DNA of 64,000 bases from Alphaproteobacteria bacterium (GTDB lineage Bacteria; Pseudomonadota; Alphaproteobacteria; CACIAM-22H2). The DNA is taken from positions 4,616,874-4,680,873 of the forward strand of contig OZ257155.1 in NCBI GenBank assembly GCA_965279355.1. Reading direction: 5' to 3'. Under the pieces are notes generated by a model, which had not been told where the DNA came from, did no database searches, and saw only the letters and a program-made list of their open reading frames with translations. Shown here in pieces: positions 19,508 through 29,654 of this stretch (position 1 is the first letter of the stretch; every line of letters begins with the position of its first letter). The position numbers were made by a program, and so were the translations under genes.

Positions 19508-21112
19508 ATGGTTCGGCTGAGATGGCGCGCGCTTGCGGTTGGGCTGACTGCGGCGCTGGTTTCGGTCGCGGTTTCGGCCCGCGATCTGGCGGCTCAGGAT
19601 CTGGCGATTGGTTTGGGGACGCCCCCGACCTCGCTCGATCCGCATTTCCACAACTTCACCCCTAACAACAGCATTGCCGTTCACATTTTTGACCGGCTCG
19701 TCCACCGCGACGAGCGGCAAAGGTTGATCCCCGGCCTTGCCACGTCATGGCGGGCGGTCGACGAGACGACCTGGGAGTTCACGCTCCGCCAGGGTGTTAA
19801 ATTTCACGACGGCAGCGAGTTCGACGCCGAGGATGTGGTCGCGACGCTGACCCGTGTCCCCGGCATACCGAACAGCCCGTCCTCGTTCGGACTGTACGTC
19901 CGTGGCATCGCCAAGTGGGACATCGTCGATCCCCAGACGATCCGGCTGAAGACGGTGAAGGTCAACCCGACGCTGCCGCTGGATCTCTCGACCATCAACA
20001 TCATCTCCCGCCGCAATGTCGCGTCGACCACCGGCGACTTCAACCTCGGTCGGGCCGTGAACGGCACTGGGCCATTTCGCTTCGTCGAATATATCTCCGG
20101 AGAGAAACTGGTTCTGGCCCGCAACGACGGCTACTGGGGCAGGAAGCCCGATTGGGCGCGGGTCACCTTCGTTATGATTGCCAGTCCCGCGGCGCGCGTT
20201 ACTGCGCTCACCGCAAACGAGGTGCAGCTCATCGAGCAGGTGCCGTCACCCGATCAGAGCAAGCTCAAGACCGATCCCAATGTCACCCTCGCGCAGACGG
20301 TCGGCAGTCGTCTCATCTACCTTGCCGTCGACAGCTTCCGCGATCAGTCGCCCTACACGACCGACAAGGCTGGGGCGGTTCTCCCCAACAATCCGCTGCG
20401 CGATCCGCGGGTCCGCCGCGCCCTGTCGAAGGCGATCAACCGGCAGGCGCTGGCGGAGCGGGTGATGGGGGGCTTTGCGGCGCCGGCGGGCGGACTGCTT
20501 GCGGAAGGCTTCTTTGGTGCCAGTCCGAAGCTCAAGGCAGAAGCCTTCGATCCCGAAGGGGCGCGGCGCCTGCTGACGGAGGCCGGCTATCCCAACGGGT
20601 TCGGTATTACCATTCACGGGCCCAACGACCGTTATGTGAATGACGAAAAGGTCCTGCAGACCATCGGTCCCATGTTCTCCCGCGTCGGGGTCGACACCCG
20701 GGTGGTGACGCAGGGTTGGTCCAGCTTCATCAATCAGGCCAGCGCGCCAACCTTTGCATACAGCCTGATGCTGGTCGGCTGGGCGTCGGAGACGGGCGAT
20801 GCGTCCTCGCCGCTGCGGGCGCTCGTCGCATCGGTTAATCGCGAGGCCGGGTTTGGCGATTCCAACCGGGGCCGATATTCCAACGATAAGGTCGATGCGC
20901 TGCTGAATCAGGCGTTATCGGCGGTCGACGCGGCAAAGCGCGAAGCCCTGCTGCAGGAAGCGTCTGAGCTGGCGATTGCGGATCAGGCGGTGATACCTCT
21001 CTATTTTCCAGTCAATGTCTGGGCGATGCGCAAAGGCTACAGTTATGCGCCGCGCAGCGATGAATACACGCTGGCGCATTCGGTCCGCCTGGTGAACGGT
21101 ACGTCGCCGTAA
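19508..21112 (+). CDS. ABC transporter substrate-binding protein, family 5 (peptide/nickel type), orphan
   Basis: Signal peptide after the ATG at 19508. Length and motifs are DppA/OppA-like. No adjacent permease or ATPase genes. Confidence 0.85.
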   Translation: MVRLRWRALAVGLTAALVSVAVSARDLAAQDLAIGLGTPPTSLDPHFHNFTPNNSIAVHIFDRLVHRDERQRLIPGLATSWRAVDETTWEFTLRQGVKFHDGSEFDAEDVVATLTRVPGIPNSPSSFGLYVRGIAKWDIVDPQTIRLKTVKVNPTLPLDLSTINIISRRNVASTTGDFNLGRAVNGTGPFRFVEYISGEKLVLARNDGYWGRKPDWARVTFVMIASPAARVTALTANEVQLIEQVPSPDQSKLKTDPNVTLAQTVGSRLIYLAVDSFRDQSPYTTDKAGAVLPNNPLRDPRVRRALSKAINRQALAERVMGGFAAPAGGLLAEGFFGASPKLKAEAFDPEGARRLLTEAGYPNGFGITIHGPNDRYVNDEKVLQTIGPMFSRVGVDTRVVTQGWSSFINQASAPTFAYSLMLVGWASETGDASSPLRALVASVNREAGFGDSNRGRYSNDKVDALLNQALSAVDAAKREALLQEASELAIADQAVIPLYFPVNVWAMRKGYSYAPRSDEYTLAHSVRLVNGTSP

Positions 21113-21125
21113 GGAGCGACGATCC

Positions 21126-21938
21126 ATGCCGAAAATCCGTCTCGATCATCTCAAGCGGACGCCGCAATTCGAGGGCGAGGCTGACTATCAGGCGCGGCTG
21201 AAAACGCTTCAGACGCGCATGCTTGCCGTACAGCAGGCATATTTCCATGAGAAGCGCCGGGCCCTGATCGTTTTCGAGGGTACGGATGCCGCCGGCAAGG
21301 GCGGTGCCATCCGGCGGGTGACCGAACTTCTTGATCCGCGCGGCGTGCGCGTGTGGCCGATCGGTCCGCCGACGCCGGAAGAGCAGGGCAAGCACTATCT
21401 CTATCGTTTCTGGGCGAGATTGCCGGAGCCCGGCACGATCGCGATCTTCGATCGGTCGTGGTATGGCCGCGTTCTGGTGGAGCGCGTCGAGGGCGCCACG
21501 AAGAAGTCCGACTGGAAACGCGCCTATGACGAGATCAACGCGTTCGAGCGCATGCTGGTCGATGACGGCGCGCGCATCGTCAAAATCTATCTCTCCATCT
21601 CACGCGAGGAGCAGATCCAGCGCTTCATCAAGCGGATGGAGGAGCCGACCAAACGGTGGAAGCTGACCGAGGCCGACATTGCCAGTCATCATTGCTGGGA
21701 CGAATACGTCGGCGCGGCGCACGACATGTTCGACCGGACCTCGACCAAAGGCGCTTCCTGGGTCGCCATAGATGCCGACAAAAAATGGGTCGCCCGTATC
21801 CAGGCACTGGAGGCGATTACGCAGGCGTTATCGAAGGGCGTCGGCCTCGAGCCGCCACCGCTCAACCCAAAGGTCGCGCAATGGGCCAGGAAGACGCTGA
21901 AGAAGATGATGTCCGAGGCGAAAAAGAAGAAAAGCTAG
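21126..21938 (+). CDS. ppk2: polyphosphate kinase 2 family protein
   Basis: GTDAAGKGG Walker A and YLYRFWARLPEPGTIAIFDRSWYGRVLVERVEG. Confidence 0.9.
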   Translation: MPKIRLDHLKRTPQFEGEADYQARLKTLQTRMLAVQQAYFHEKRRALIVFEGTDAAGKGGAIRRVTELLDPRGVRVWPIGPPTPEEQGKHYLYRFWARLPEPGTIAIFDRSWYGRVLVERVEGATKKSDWKRAYDEINAFERMLVDDGARIVKIYLSISREEQIQRFIKRMEEPTKRWKLTEADIASHHCWDEYVGAAHDMFDRTSTKGASWVAIDADKKWVARIQALEAITQALSKGVGLEPPPLNPKVAQWARKTLKKMMSEAKKKKS

Positions 21939-21997
21939 AATCAGATCGGCGTCCTGTTGCGCGTCCGCCTGCAATTCCATCGGAGGGTATCTCTGCA

Positions 21998-22420
21998 ATG
22001 CGTCTGAAAGATCTTGAAGCCTACTGTCTGAATTTCCCCGGCGCGACGATGAACCTCCAGTGGGGTGATCATCACGTCTACAAAGTCGGCAAGAAAATGT
22101 TCGTCGTTATTGGAATGGCGAAAGGCAAGTTCAATCGCCTGTCGTTGAAGGCCGGCCCAAGCTTTGAGATCCTGACCGGCGTTCCCGGGATCACGCCCTC
22201 GCCCTATATGAAGGCGGCCAAATGGGTGGTTGTGGACAAGATTGACACGCTGCCGGCCGACCAGCTGAAAGGCTATATCGCGCGTTCGCATGCGCAGGTC
22301 GTTGCGACCCTGTCGAAGAAGATGCAGGCCGAGCTCGCGGCGGCGCCCGCCGCGAAACCGCAGCCCAGGGCCAAGGCGAAACCCAAGCCCAAGGCCAAGC
22401 GCAAGAAGGCGCACGCCTAG
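21998..22420 (+). CDS. MmcQ/YjbR-family protein with a Lys/Ala/Pro-rich basic tail
   Basis: Core [16 protein letters not shown]-terminal tail [26 protein letters not shown] at 21998. Confidence 0.65.
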   Translation: MRLKDLEAYCLNFPGATMNLQWGDHHVYKVGKKMFVVIGMAKGKFNRLSLKAGPSFEILTGVPGITPSPYMKAAKWVVVDKIDTLPADQLKGYIARSHAQVVATLSKKMQAELAAAPAAKPQPRAKAKPKPKAKRKKAHA

Positions 22421-23178
22421 GGCTGGAACTGTTCCTTGAGGACGCGTTCCTCGAGGTTATGTTCAGGGTCGAAGAGCAGGGTCAGGCCGACCGTGCGGTC
22501 TTCTCTCACTTCGACCCGGGCGACGTCGCGCACTTCCGTGTGATCCGCGGTGGCGCTGACCGGGCGCTTGTCGCGTTCCAGCACTTCGAACGCCACCGTC
22601 GCGGTGTGCGGCAGCAGCGCGCCGCGCCAGCGCCGGGGACGAAAGGCGCTGATGGGTGTCAGCGCCTGCAGGTTGGCGCCGAGCGGAATGATCGGACCGT
22701 AAGCGGAGAGATTGTAAGCCGTGCTGCCAGCCGGCGTGGAGAGCAGCACGCCGTCGCAGATCAGTTCCGGCAGCCGCTCGACGCCGTCGATCAGGATGCG
22801 CAGCTTGGCGGCCTGGCGCAGCTGCCGCAGCAGCGAGACTTCGTTGATCGCCAGTGCACTGCGTTTGGTGCCGCGCACTGTCGTCGCCGTCATGCGCAGC
22901 GGATGCAGGCGCACCTTGGCGGCTTTGGCCACGCGCGATTGCAGCCCGGCGATCCGAAAGTCGTTGAGCAAGAATCCGATGCTGCCGCGGTGCATGCCGA
23001 AGAACGGCACCTTGAGCTTCAGGTGTTTGTGCAACGTCTGCAGCATGAAGCCGTCGCCGCCAAGCGGCACGATGACGTCGGCGCGCTCCGGCGCCACGTT
23101 GCCGTAGCGCTTGGCCAGTGCCTTGCGGGCGGCAAGGGCGGCCGGAATATCGGCGGCCACAAAGGCGATGCGAGTCAT
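22417..23178 (-). CDS. nadK: NAD kinase
   Basis: [11 protein letters not shown] motif and typical length. Confidence 0.9.
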   Translation of the reverse strand: MTRIAFVAADIPAALAARKALAKRYGNVAPERADVIVPLGGDGFMLQTLHKHLKLKVPFFGMHRGSIGFLLNDFRIAGLQSRVAKAAKVRLHPLRMTATTVRGTKRSALAINEVSLLRQLRQAAKLRILIDGVERLPELICDGVLLSTPAGSTAYNLSAYGPIIPLGANLQALTPISAFRPRRWRGALLPHTATVAFEVLERDKRPVSATADHTEVRDVARVEVREDRTVGLTLLFDPEHNLEERVLKEQFQP

Positions 23179-23215
23179 GAGCTTAGTATAACCGTAGTCG
23201 CGGGGGGCGAAAGGG

Positions 23216-23959
23216 TCACCATGCTGCCCAGGCCCGGACGATCAGGCTCATGCCGGCACCGATCAGAACCACGCACAGAACCTGCATGAAGCGTTTGCGC
23301 GACAGCTTGCCGGACAGCCAGTGCGCCAGCCATGTCCCGACGATCATTGAGGGGACGAGGCATGCCGCCAACAGGATGATGTCCAGATCGGCGTAGACGC
23401 CGGCAATCAAAAACAGGACAGCGCGGGTAAAGGTCGCGATGCCGATCAGGGTGAGCTGGGTGCCGCGATAGGCATCGACGTCGTCCAGCCGGCGGCTGAG
23501 ATAGGCGCCATAGACCGGGCCGCCGGCACCGAACATGCCGCTGAAGATTCCGCCGAGCGGGCCAACCAGGGCAATCCAGGCCTTGCTGATGCGTTCCTTC
23601 GGCACCGGCGCGACGAGGGTATAGACGGCAAAGGCGATGACAAAGAGGCCCAGCGCAATGGCCATCACCGTAGTCGGCAGGTTCAGCAGCACGGTGACGC
23701 CGACAGCGCTGCCAAGCATCATGAGCGGCGCCAGCCACTTGATCTCATCCTTGTCGATCTTGCGGCTGAGCTTGACGCCGCTGATCGTTGCCGATGCACA
23801 GTCGAGCAGCGCCAGCAACGGGACGATGGTCGAGACCGGCATGACATGGGCAAGGATCGGCGCCGCAATCAGTGCCGCGCCAAATCCCGCGATGCCGAAG
23901 ACGATGTAGGAGAACGCGAGGGTGGGAACGGCGACCGCGAGGGTCGTCCACTCCAGCAT
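23216..23959 (-). CDS. TauE/SafE-family anion exporter membrane protein
   Basis: 247 aa, about 7-8 TM helices with internal Gly-rich repeats. Confidence 0.75.
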   Translation of the reverse strand: MLEWTTLAVAVPTLAFSYIVFGIAGFGAALIAAPILAHVMPVSTIVPLLALLDCASATISGVKLSRKIDKDEIKWLAPLMMLGSAVGVTVLLNLPTTVMAIALGLFVIAFAVYTLVAPVPKERISKAWIALVGPLGGIFSGMFGAGGPVYGAYLSRRLDDVDAYRGTQLTLIGIATFTRAVLFLIAGVYADLDIILLAACLVPSMIVGTWLAHWLSGKLSRKRFMQVLCVVLIGAGMSLIVRAWAAW

Positions 23960-23990
23960 GGGATGTACTCGAAAAAAAGCGGCGGCCGGA

Positions 23991-25013
23991 TCAGCCGCCG
24001 GTGACGCTCATGTGACGGGGGACAGCGGGGCCGGTATGCCGGCGATCGATGATGAAGTCGTGGCCTTTGGGCTTGCGGCTGATCGCTTCGCGGATCGCCG
24101 CTTCAAGATGCTGTGGATCGTCGCTGGCACGCAACGGGCCGCGCAGGTCGGCGGCGTCATCCTGCCCCAGGCACATATAGAGCGTGCCGGTGCAGGTGAG
24201 GCGCACGCGATTGCACATCTCGCAGAAATTATGAGTAAGCGGCGTGATCAGGCCCAGGCGGCGGCCGGTTTCCTTGATCACGGAATAACGCGCCGGTCCG
24301 CCGGTCTTGTAGTCGGTGTCTTCGAGCGTCCAGCTCTCCGCGATCTTGGCGCGGACCATCGAGATCGGCAGATATTGATCGAGCCGCTGCGGCCCGATAT
24401 CGCCCATCGGCATGACTTCGATGAAGGTCAGGTCATAACCTTCCTCGCCGCACCACGCGATCATGCGATCGAATTCGTCGTCGTTGAAGTCTTTCAATGC
24501 CACAGCGTTGATCTTGATCTCAAGACCCGCGGCTTTGGCAGCCTTCAACCCGTCGAGGACGACCGGCAGCTTGCCCCAGCGGGTGATCGCCGTGAATTTG
24601 GCGGCATCCAGCGTGTCCATCGAGACATTGATGCGCCGCACGCCGCAGTCATAGAGGTCGGCTGCGTGCTTGGCGAGTTGGCTCCCGTTCGTCGTGACCG
24701 TGAGCTCATCCAGCGCGCCGGTCTTGATGTGACGGCCGAGATTGCGGAACAGGCTCATGATATTGCGGCGGACCAGCGGCTCGCCGCCGGTCATCCGCAG
24801 CTTGCGGACGCCCAGATTGACGAAGGCCGAGCACAGCCGGTCCAGCTCCTCGAGCGACAGGATCTCCGCCTTGGGCAGGAACGTCATGTCTTCCGACATG
24901 CAGTACACGCAGCGGAAGTCGCAGCGGTCCGTCACCGACACACGCAGATAGCTGACGTGCCGCTGGAACGGATCGATCAGCGGCGCCGGGGCGATGGGCG
25001 TGAACGCGGTCAT
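23991..25013 (-). CDS. moaA: GTP 3',8-cyclase (molybdenum cofactor biosynthesis protein A)
   Basis: Radical-SAM motif [13 protein letters not shown] and C-terminal Cys cluster [13 protein letters not shown]. Confidence 0.95.
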   Translation of the reverse strand: MTAFTPIAPAPLIDPFQRHVSYLRVSVTDRCDFRCVYCMSEDMTFLPKAEILSLEELDRLCSAFVNLGVRKLRMTGGEPLVRRNIMSLFRNLGRHIKTGALDELTVTTNGSQLAKHAADLYDCGVRRINVSMDTLDAAKFTAITRWGKLPVVLDGLKAAKAAGLEIKINAVALKDFNDDEFDRMIAWCGEEGYDLTFIEVMPMGDIGPQRLDQYLPISMVRAKIAESWTLEDTDYKTGGPARYSVIKETGRRLGLITPLTHNFCEMCNRVRLTCTGTLYMCLGQDDAADLRGPLRASDDPQHLEAAIREAISRKPKGHDFIIDRRHTGPAVPRHMSVTGG

Positions 25014-25116
25014 GGGCTAAATCTAGTCATCCCGGGCCCGGAAATCATCCCTTTTGGTAACAGGGGATTAGGGGGCGTTGTAGACGGCCGTATATAGCGC
25101 CATTAACCCTGATTTC

Positions 25117-27228
25117 TCAGGAATCCAGCTTGGTCGGCGGCCCGCCGGGACCCTGCGCGGCCTTGAAGGAGGCGCGCGCCTCCTCGATTTCCCGCTCGCG
25201 GACATAATCTTCGGTGGTGCGCGGTACCGGGCGCGACGGGCCGGCGAAGGGATCGATGGCGTTCTCGGTCTGGGCGATCAGGCGGCAGTCTGCGCACATG
25301 CGCATGCGATCGACGATCGCCGGGTCCTGATACATCGTGCTGCGACCGGCGAGCTTCTGGATCACCTTTTCGATCGTGCCCTTGGTGCCGAAGGGCTTGC
25401 TGCAGCGGATGCAGAGAGCTGGCTCTTCCTCCTTGATCAGCGCCGGCGATTTCGCCTCGGCGGTGAAATTGAGCTGAGGCCGGAGCTGGATCACTTTTTC
25501 CGGGCAGGTTGCCTTGCACAAGCCGCACTGCACGCAGGCTTCCTCGATGAAGCGCAGCATGGGCTGGTCGGGATTGTCGATCAGCGCGCCGGTCGGGCAG
25601 ACGCTGACGCAGGACAGGCAGAGCGTGCAGCCCTCGGCATTCACATCGAGCGTGCCGAACGGAGAGCCCGGTGCCAGCGGCAGGATATCGACCGGCTGCG
25701 GCGCCGTTTCATGAAGCTGCCGCAAGGCCAGCATCGTGATGCCGCGCTTGGTGCCCATTGGCAGGAAGCTGCCGGCCTTGGGCGGCATCAGCACCGGATC
25801 GCCGTAGAGCGTGGCCTCGATGGCATCGGGATCCACGTCGTCCAGAACCGATACGCGGTTCGTTCCATAACCGAGACCCGACAATGCCGTTTCCGCCAGC
25901 CCAATCTGCGTTGCCAGCCCCGCCAGTTCGTCGCGATGGCGCGGATCGACCAGCAGCCGGACCTGCGAGGCGCCGTAGGCGAGGGCGACGGCGAAGAAAT
26001 CGAACCCGACCTGGGTGACCGAATTGACGCGGAAGGGAATAACGCGCGCGGGCAGGCCGCGGCCATGGCGGGCCATCGCCGCGAGGATCTCTTCGCCGTG
26101 CGGGCCGTCATGCACCAGGATCACCGGCGCCGTGCCGCCTGATTTCGCATAGGTCGACAGCACGATCCGCAGCCGTTCGAGCAGCAGATCGCGGGTTGGC
26201 ATGGCATAGCTCGCGGCGCCGGTTGGGCAGACGCTGGCGCAGCTGCCGCAGCCGGCGCAGACATAGGCGTCGATCTCGACATAGTCGCCGGCCGGTTTGA
26301 TGGCGTCGGTCGGACAGACATCGAGGCAGCGCGTGCAGCCGGTCTTCTTGTTGCGGCTGTGCGCGCAGAGCGACTGGTTATACGCGACGTAGAGCGGCTT
26401 CTCGAATTCGCCGACCGTTTCGACGAGTTCGAACAGGACACGCTGTACGGCGGCGGGGTCTTTGGGGTCGGCGCGGAAATATCCGTCGCGCTTTTCATGC
26501 GCGGGAAACATCGGCGTCCCGCCGGTGAGGTCGAGAATCAGATCGCAGGTCGATGAGGCGCCATCGCGCGGGGCCTCGAATTGCAGAACCCCCCGGGATG
26601 ACGGCAGCGAGGGCGCGTAGCCATTGACGACGACCTCGAACGCGCCGAGATGGCCTTTGGCTGCGGCGACGGAGCCGATGAAGATCGGCACATCGGCCAT
26701 GCGCGGCGGTACGATGTCGCCCGGCTTGTTCAGCAGGACCGTGCAGTCGAGCCGGTCGGCAATCTGCTGGGCCGCGTCGATCGCGACATCGTCACGGCCG
26801 TAGATCAGCGTGACGCCGGATGATTTGAGGGTAATGGCGGGCGGGCCCGGAACATCCAGCGCCGCCTCGGCCAGCAGTGCCGCGATCTTCGGCATCGCCG
26901 CAGCGCCTTCGGCAGACCAGCCGGCATGCTCACGGATATTCACAAAGCGCAGATCGGTATCGACGCCGCCTTCGGCTCGCACCTCGGTGAAGAGCGGCGC
27001 TTCCTGCGTGCAGGCGACGATGACGGGCGTGTCGCCGGTAACGGCTGTTTCGAAATTGCCGAGCTGGGTCCGGCAGAGCAGCGTGTTGATATCGAGCTTG
27101 CCGGTTGCGCCGGCGGCGACGCACATCTTCGTCAGCGCGGCGCCGTCGAGCGGCATCGTGCCGTTGCAGTCGCAAACGAGCAGCGTCTTGTCCTTGAGGC
27201 GCAAATCAGTCTCCCAGACCCCGACCAT
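25117..27228 (-). CDS. large multi-[4Fe-4S] ferredoxin-domain protein
   Basis: Two 2x[4Fe-4S] modules (CTRCLDVCP...CAGCGSCASVCP; CTLCLSCVSVCP...CVQCGLCKATCP) plus extra Cys motifs. ATG at 27228; a GTG alternative lies at 27252. Confidence 0.75.
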   Translation of the reverse strand: MVGVWETDLRLKDKTLLVCDCNGTMPLDGAALTKMCVAAGATGKLDINTLLCRTQLGNFETAVTGDTPVIVACTQEAPLFTEVRAEGGVDTDLRFVNIREHAGWSAEGAAAMPKIAALLAEAALDVPGPPAITLKSSGVTLIYGRDDVAIDAAQQIADRLDCTVLLNKPGDIVPPRMADVPIFIGSVAAAKGHLGAFEVVVNGYAPSLPSSRGVLQFEAPRDGASSTCDLILDLTGGTPMFPAHEKRDGYFRADPKDPAAVQRVLFELVETVGEFEKPLYVAYNQSLCAHSRNKKTGCTRCLDVCPTDAIKPAGDYVEIDAYVCAGCGSCASVCPTGAASYAMPTRDLLLERLRIVLSTYAKSGGTAPVILVHDGPHGEEILAAMARHGRGLPARVIPFRVNSVTQVGFDFFAVALAYGASQVRLLVDPRHRDELAGLATQIGLAETALSGLGYGTNRVSVLDDVDPDAIEATLYGDPVLMPPKAGSFLPMGTKRGITMLALRQLHETAPQPVDILPLAPGSPFGTLDVNAEGCTLCLSCVSVCPTGALIDNPDQPMLRFIEEACVQCGLCKATCPEKVIQLRPQLNFTAEAKSPALIKEEEPALCIRCSKPFGTKGTIEKVIQKLAGRSTMYQDPAIVDRMRMCADCRLIAQTENAIDPFAGPSRPVPRTTEDYVREREIEEARASFKAAQGPGGPPTKLDS

Positions 27229-27310
27229 AGCCCTGCGACGGCTGCGAATCACCCCTGATTTTGGACATCGCGGTCGAGACGCCTGTCATGACCGCCGCTA
27301 TACTCGCGCC

Positions 27311-28225
27311 ATGCCGACCGATCAGAAGGATTCGCTCGACGCGCCGCGCGATCTCATGAGCACGCGCGAGGTGGCGGAGTATCTCCGCATCAAGGAACGC
27401 AAGGTTTACGACCTGCTGCGCGCCAAGCAGATTCCGTGCACGCGCGTCGGCGGAAAGTGGCTGTTCCCGCGCCGGCTGATCGACGACTGGGTGGCCGGCA
27501 ATACGGATTATGGCGGCATCGCGCGCGGTCCGCGCTCGGCCTCCATCGTCGCCGGCAGCCACGATCCGCTGCTGGACTGGGCCTTGCGGGAATCCCGCAG
27601 CGGTTTCGCGCTGCAGACCGGCGGCAGCCTCGACGGGCTGAAGCGGCTGGCCGCGGGAGAGGCGACGGTCGCGGGCATGCATATCTTCGATCGCGCCACG
27701 CAGAGCTATAACGTCGAGGCGGTGCGGGACATTCTGCCGCGCGACGTCGTTCTGCTGCGCTGGGCGTTGCGCGAGCAGGGGCTGATCTTCCGGTCAGGCG
27801 AGCGCAAGCAGACGCGCAGCCTGAAGGATGTGGCAAAGAGCCGGGCGCGGCTGATGATGCGGCAGGAAGAATCCGGTGGTCATGTGCTGCTGGTGTCTTT
27901 ATTGGAGCAGGACGGGCTGAAACTGTCCGATATCGCGCGGGTAAAGCAGCCGGCGCTGAACGAAACCGATCTCGGTCATGCGATTGCCGATGGCAAGGCC
28001 GATGTCGGCCTCGGACTGTATTCGGTGGCCAGGCAGTTCCGCCTGGAGTTTCTGCCGTTGCAGCAGGAGCGTTTCGATCTGGCGGTGCGGCATCGCGACT
28101 ATTTCGAGCTGCCGATGCAGAAGCTGATGGCGTTCGCGCGGACACCTGAATTTGCCGAGCGCGCGCTGGAACTGGGCGGATACGACATCAAGGGGTTGGG
28201 TGAGGTGATTTACAATGGCGAATGA
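27311..28225 (+). CDS. transcriptional regulator: excisionase-type HTH plus periplasmic-binding-protein-like sensor domain
   Basis: N-terminus STREVAEYLRIKERKVYDLLRAKQIPCTRVGGKWLFPR, followed by a roughly 230-aa PBP-like domain. ATG at 27311. Confidence 0.7.
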   Translation: MPTDQKDSLDAPRDLMSTREVAEYLRIKERKVYDLLRAKQIPCTRVGGKWLFPRRLIDDWVAGNTDYGGIARGPRSASIVAGSHDPLLDWALRESRSGFALQTGGSLDGLKRLAAGEATVAGMHIFDRATQSYNVEAVRDILPRDVVLLRWALREQGLIFRSGERKQTRSLKDVAKSRARLMMRQEESGGHVLLVSLLEQDGLKLSDIARVKQPALNETDLGHAIADGKADVGLGLYSVARQFRLEFLPLQQERFDLAVRHRDYFELPMQKLMAFARTPEFAERALELGGYDIKGLGEVIYNGE

Positions 28226-29654
28226 CGGAGCCGCCGCCGTCGAGCGGGCAGTGGAGCATCATAAGGCGGGCCGCCTCGACGATGCCGCCATGGAATACGA
28301 AGCCGCCCTGATGGCCGATCCCGACAACGCACGCGCGTCGCACTATCTGGGAGTCCTGAAGCTGCAGGCCGGGCGCACGGCGCAGGCTGTCGATCTGCTG
28401 GCGCGCGCCGCCGCCGCCCAGCCGGATGTGGCGGAGGTCCGCAACAATTATGGGGTGAGCCTGCGCGAGCAGGGACGCAACGGGGAGGCCGCGACGGAAT
28501 TCACCGCCGCTCTCGCCATCCGTCCCGATATGTTTGATGCCCGCAACAACCTCGCCGATATCCTGCTGCTGCTGGGCAACACGACGGGCGCTCTGGAACA
28601 TGCGGCGGCCGCCCATCGCCTCAATCCCAATCATCTCGAACCGCTGCTGACCGAAGCGAACGCCTATCTGCTGCGCCGCGATCCGGATGCGGCGCTGCGC
28701 AGCATCGCGAAGGCGCGGGCCATCGACCCGGAAAACGATCGCGCGGTGGCGCTGTATCGCGCCGCGATCAGTCGGGTCGTGCAGCCCTGGCACTTTCCGA
28801 TGATGAACGATACGGCCCGCAACGACGCCTACGAGGCGGCGATCAAGCGCGCGGTGACACCGGATGCGCTGGTGCTCGATATCGGCACCGGCGCCGGACT
28901 GCTGTCCATGATGTCGGCGCGCGCCGGTGCCAAACAGGTGGTGACCTGCGAGATGACGGTGCCTGTCGCCGCCAAGGCGCAGCAGATCGTCGATCGCAAC
29001 GGGTTTGCCGGCAGGATCGCCGTGCACGCCCGGCGATCGAGCGACCTCACCGTCGGGCGGGAGCTTCCGGAACGCGCCGATATTCTGGTGTCGGAGATTT
29101 TCGACAGCGACCTGCTGGGTGAAGGCATCCTGGCCAGCCTTGAGGATGCGCATGCGCGCCTGATCAAGCCGGGGGCGAAGATCATCCCGCAGGCGGCATC
29201 GGCGATGGTGGCGCTGGCGGGCGGCGACAAGCTGGCGGAGATGGTGATGGTCGACAAGGCCGCAGGCTTCGATGTCGGGGCCTTCAACGAATACATGCCT
29301 GAGCGCTTCGCGTTCGATGGCAACCGCTTTCCCTTCGATTTCATGTCCGCGCCGATTGCGGCCCTCAGCTTCGATTTCCGGCAGACGCGCTACCCGCGTG
29401 CCGAGCGGCTGGTCGATGCAAGGGTGACGAAGTCCGGGCTTTGCCTGGGCGTCGTGCAGTGGCTTTGGATTCAACTCGATGACGAGGCGACGTTCGAAAA
29501 CCCGCCGGGCCGTCCGCTGGACGCACCGACCGGCTGGATCCACGCGCTTTACACCTTTGCGCCGCCGATGGAGGTGCAAGAGGGGCAGACCGTGCGGTTC
29601 GTCGCCGGGCACTCGCGCAACTTCCCGTATTTCCGTCTCGCGGATGTGATCTAG
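28215..29654 (+). CDS. TPR-repeat protein fused to a PRMT-like class I SAM methyltransferase
   Basis: About 5 TPRs. Motif I VLDIGTGAGLLSMMSARAGA. Double-E-type loop ILVSEIFDSDLLGEG. Motif III LIKPGAKIIP. Overlaps the regulator gene by 11 nt. Confidence 0.7.
   Translation: MANDGAAAVERAVEHHKAGRLDDAAMEYEAALMADPDNARASHYLGVLKLQAGRTAQAVDLLARAAAAQPDVAEVRNNYGVSLREQGRNGEAATEFTAALAIRPDMFDARNNLADILLLLGNTTGALEHAAAAHRLNPNHLEPLLTEANAYLLRRDPDAALRSIAKARAIDPENDRAVALYRAAISRVVQPWHFPMMNDTARNDAYEAAIKRAVTPDALVLDIGTGAGLLSMMSARAGAKQVVTCEMTVPVAAKAQQIVDRNGFAGRIAVHARRSSDLTVGRELPERADILVSEIFDSDLLGEGILASLEDAHARLIKPGAKIIPQAASAMVALAGGDKLAEMVMVDKAAGFDVGAFNEYMPERFAFDGNRFPFDFMSAPIAALSFDFRQTRYPRAERLVDARVTKSGLCLGVVQWLWIQLDDEATFENPPGRPLDAPTGWIHALYTFAPPMEVQEGQTVRFVAGHSRNFPYFRLADVI

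Noticed and set aside
25014-25116. Moco riboswitch or ModE box upstream of moaA (CGCTATATACGGCCG on the minus strand, around 25086-25100)
   Set aside because: The region is only about 100 nt. I cannot recognise the conserved Moco-motif elements. Only one TATAT-like half-site is present, and the second half (TCTAC) does not fit TAYAT. It may simply be a -10 element.
28188-29612. 474-aa minus-strand ORF opposite the TPR-methyltransferase gene
   Set aside because: It has antisense-type composition (Arg/Gly/His-rich) and no domain signatures. The plus frame shows clean TPRs and SAM-methyltransferase motifs and is translationally linked to the upstream regulator.
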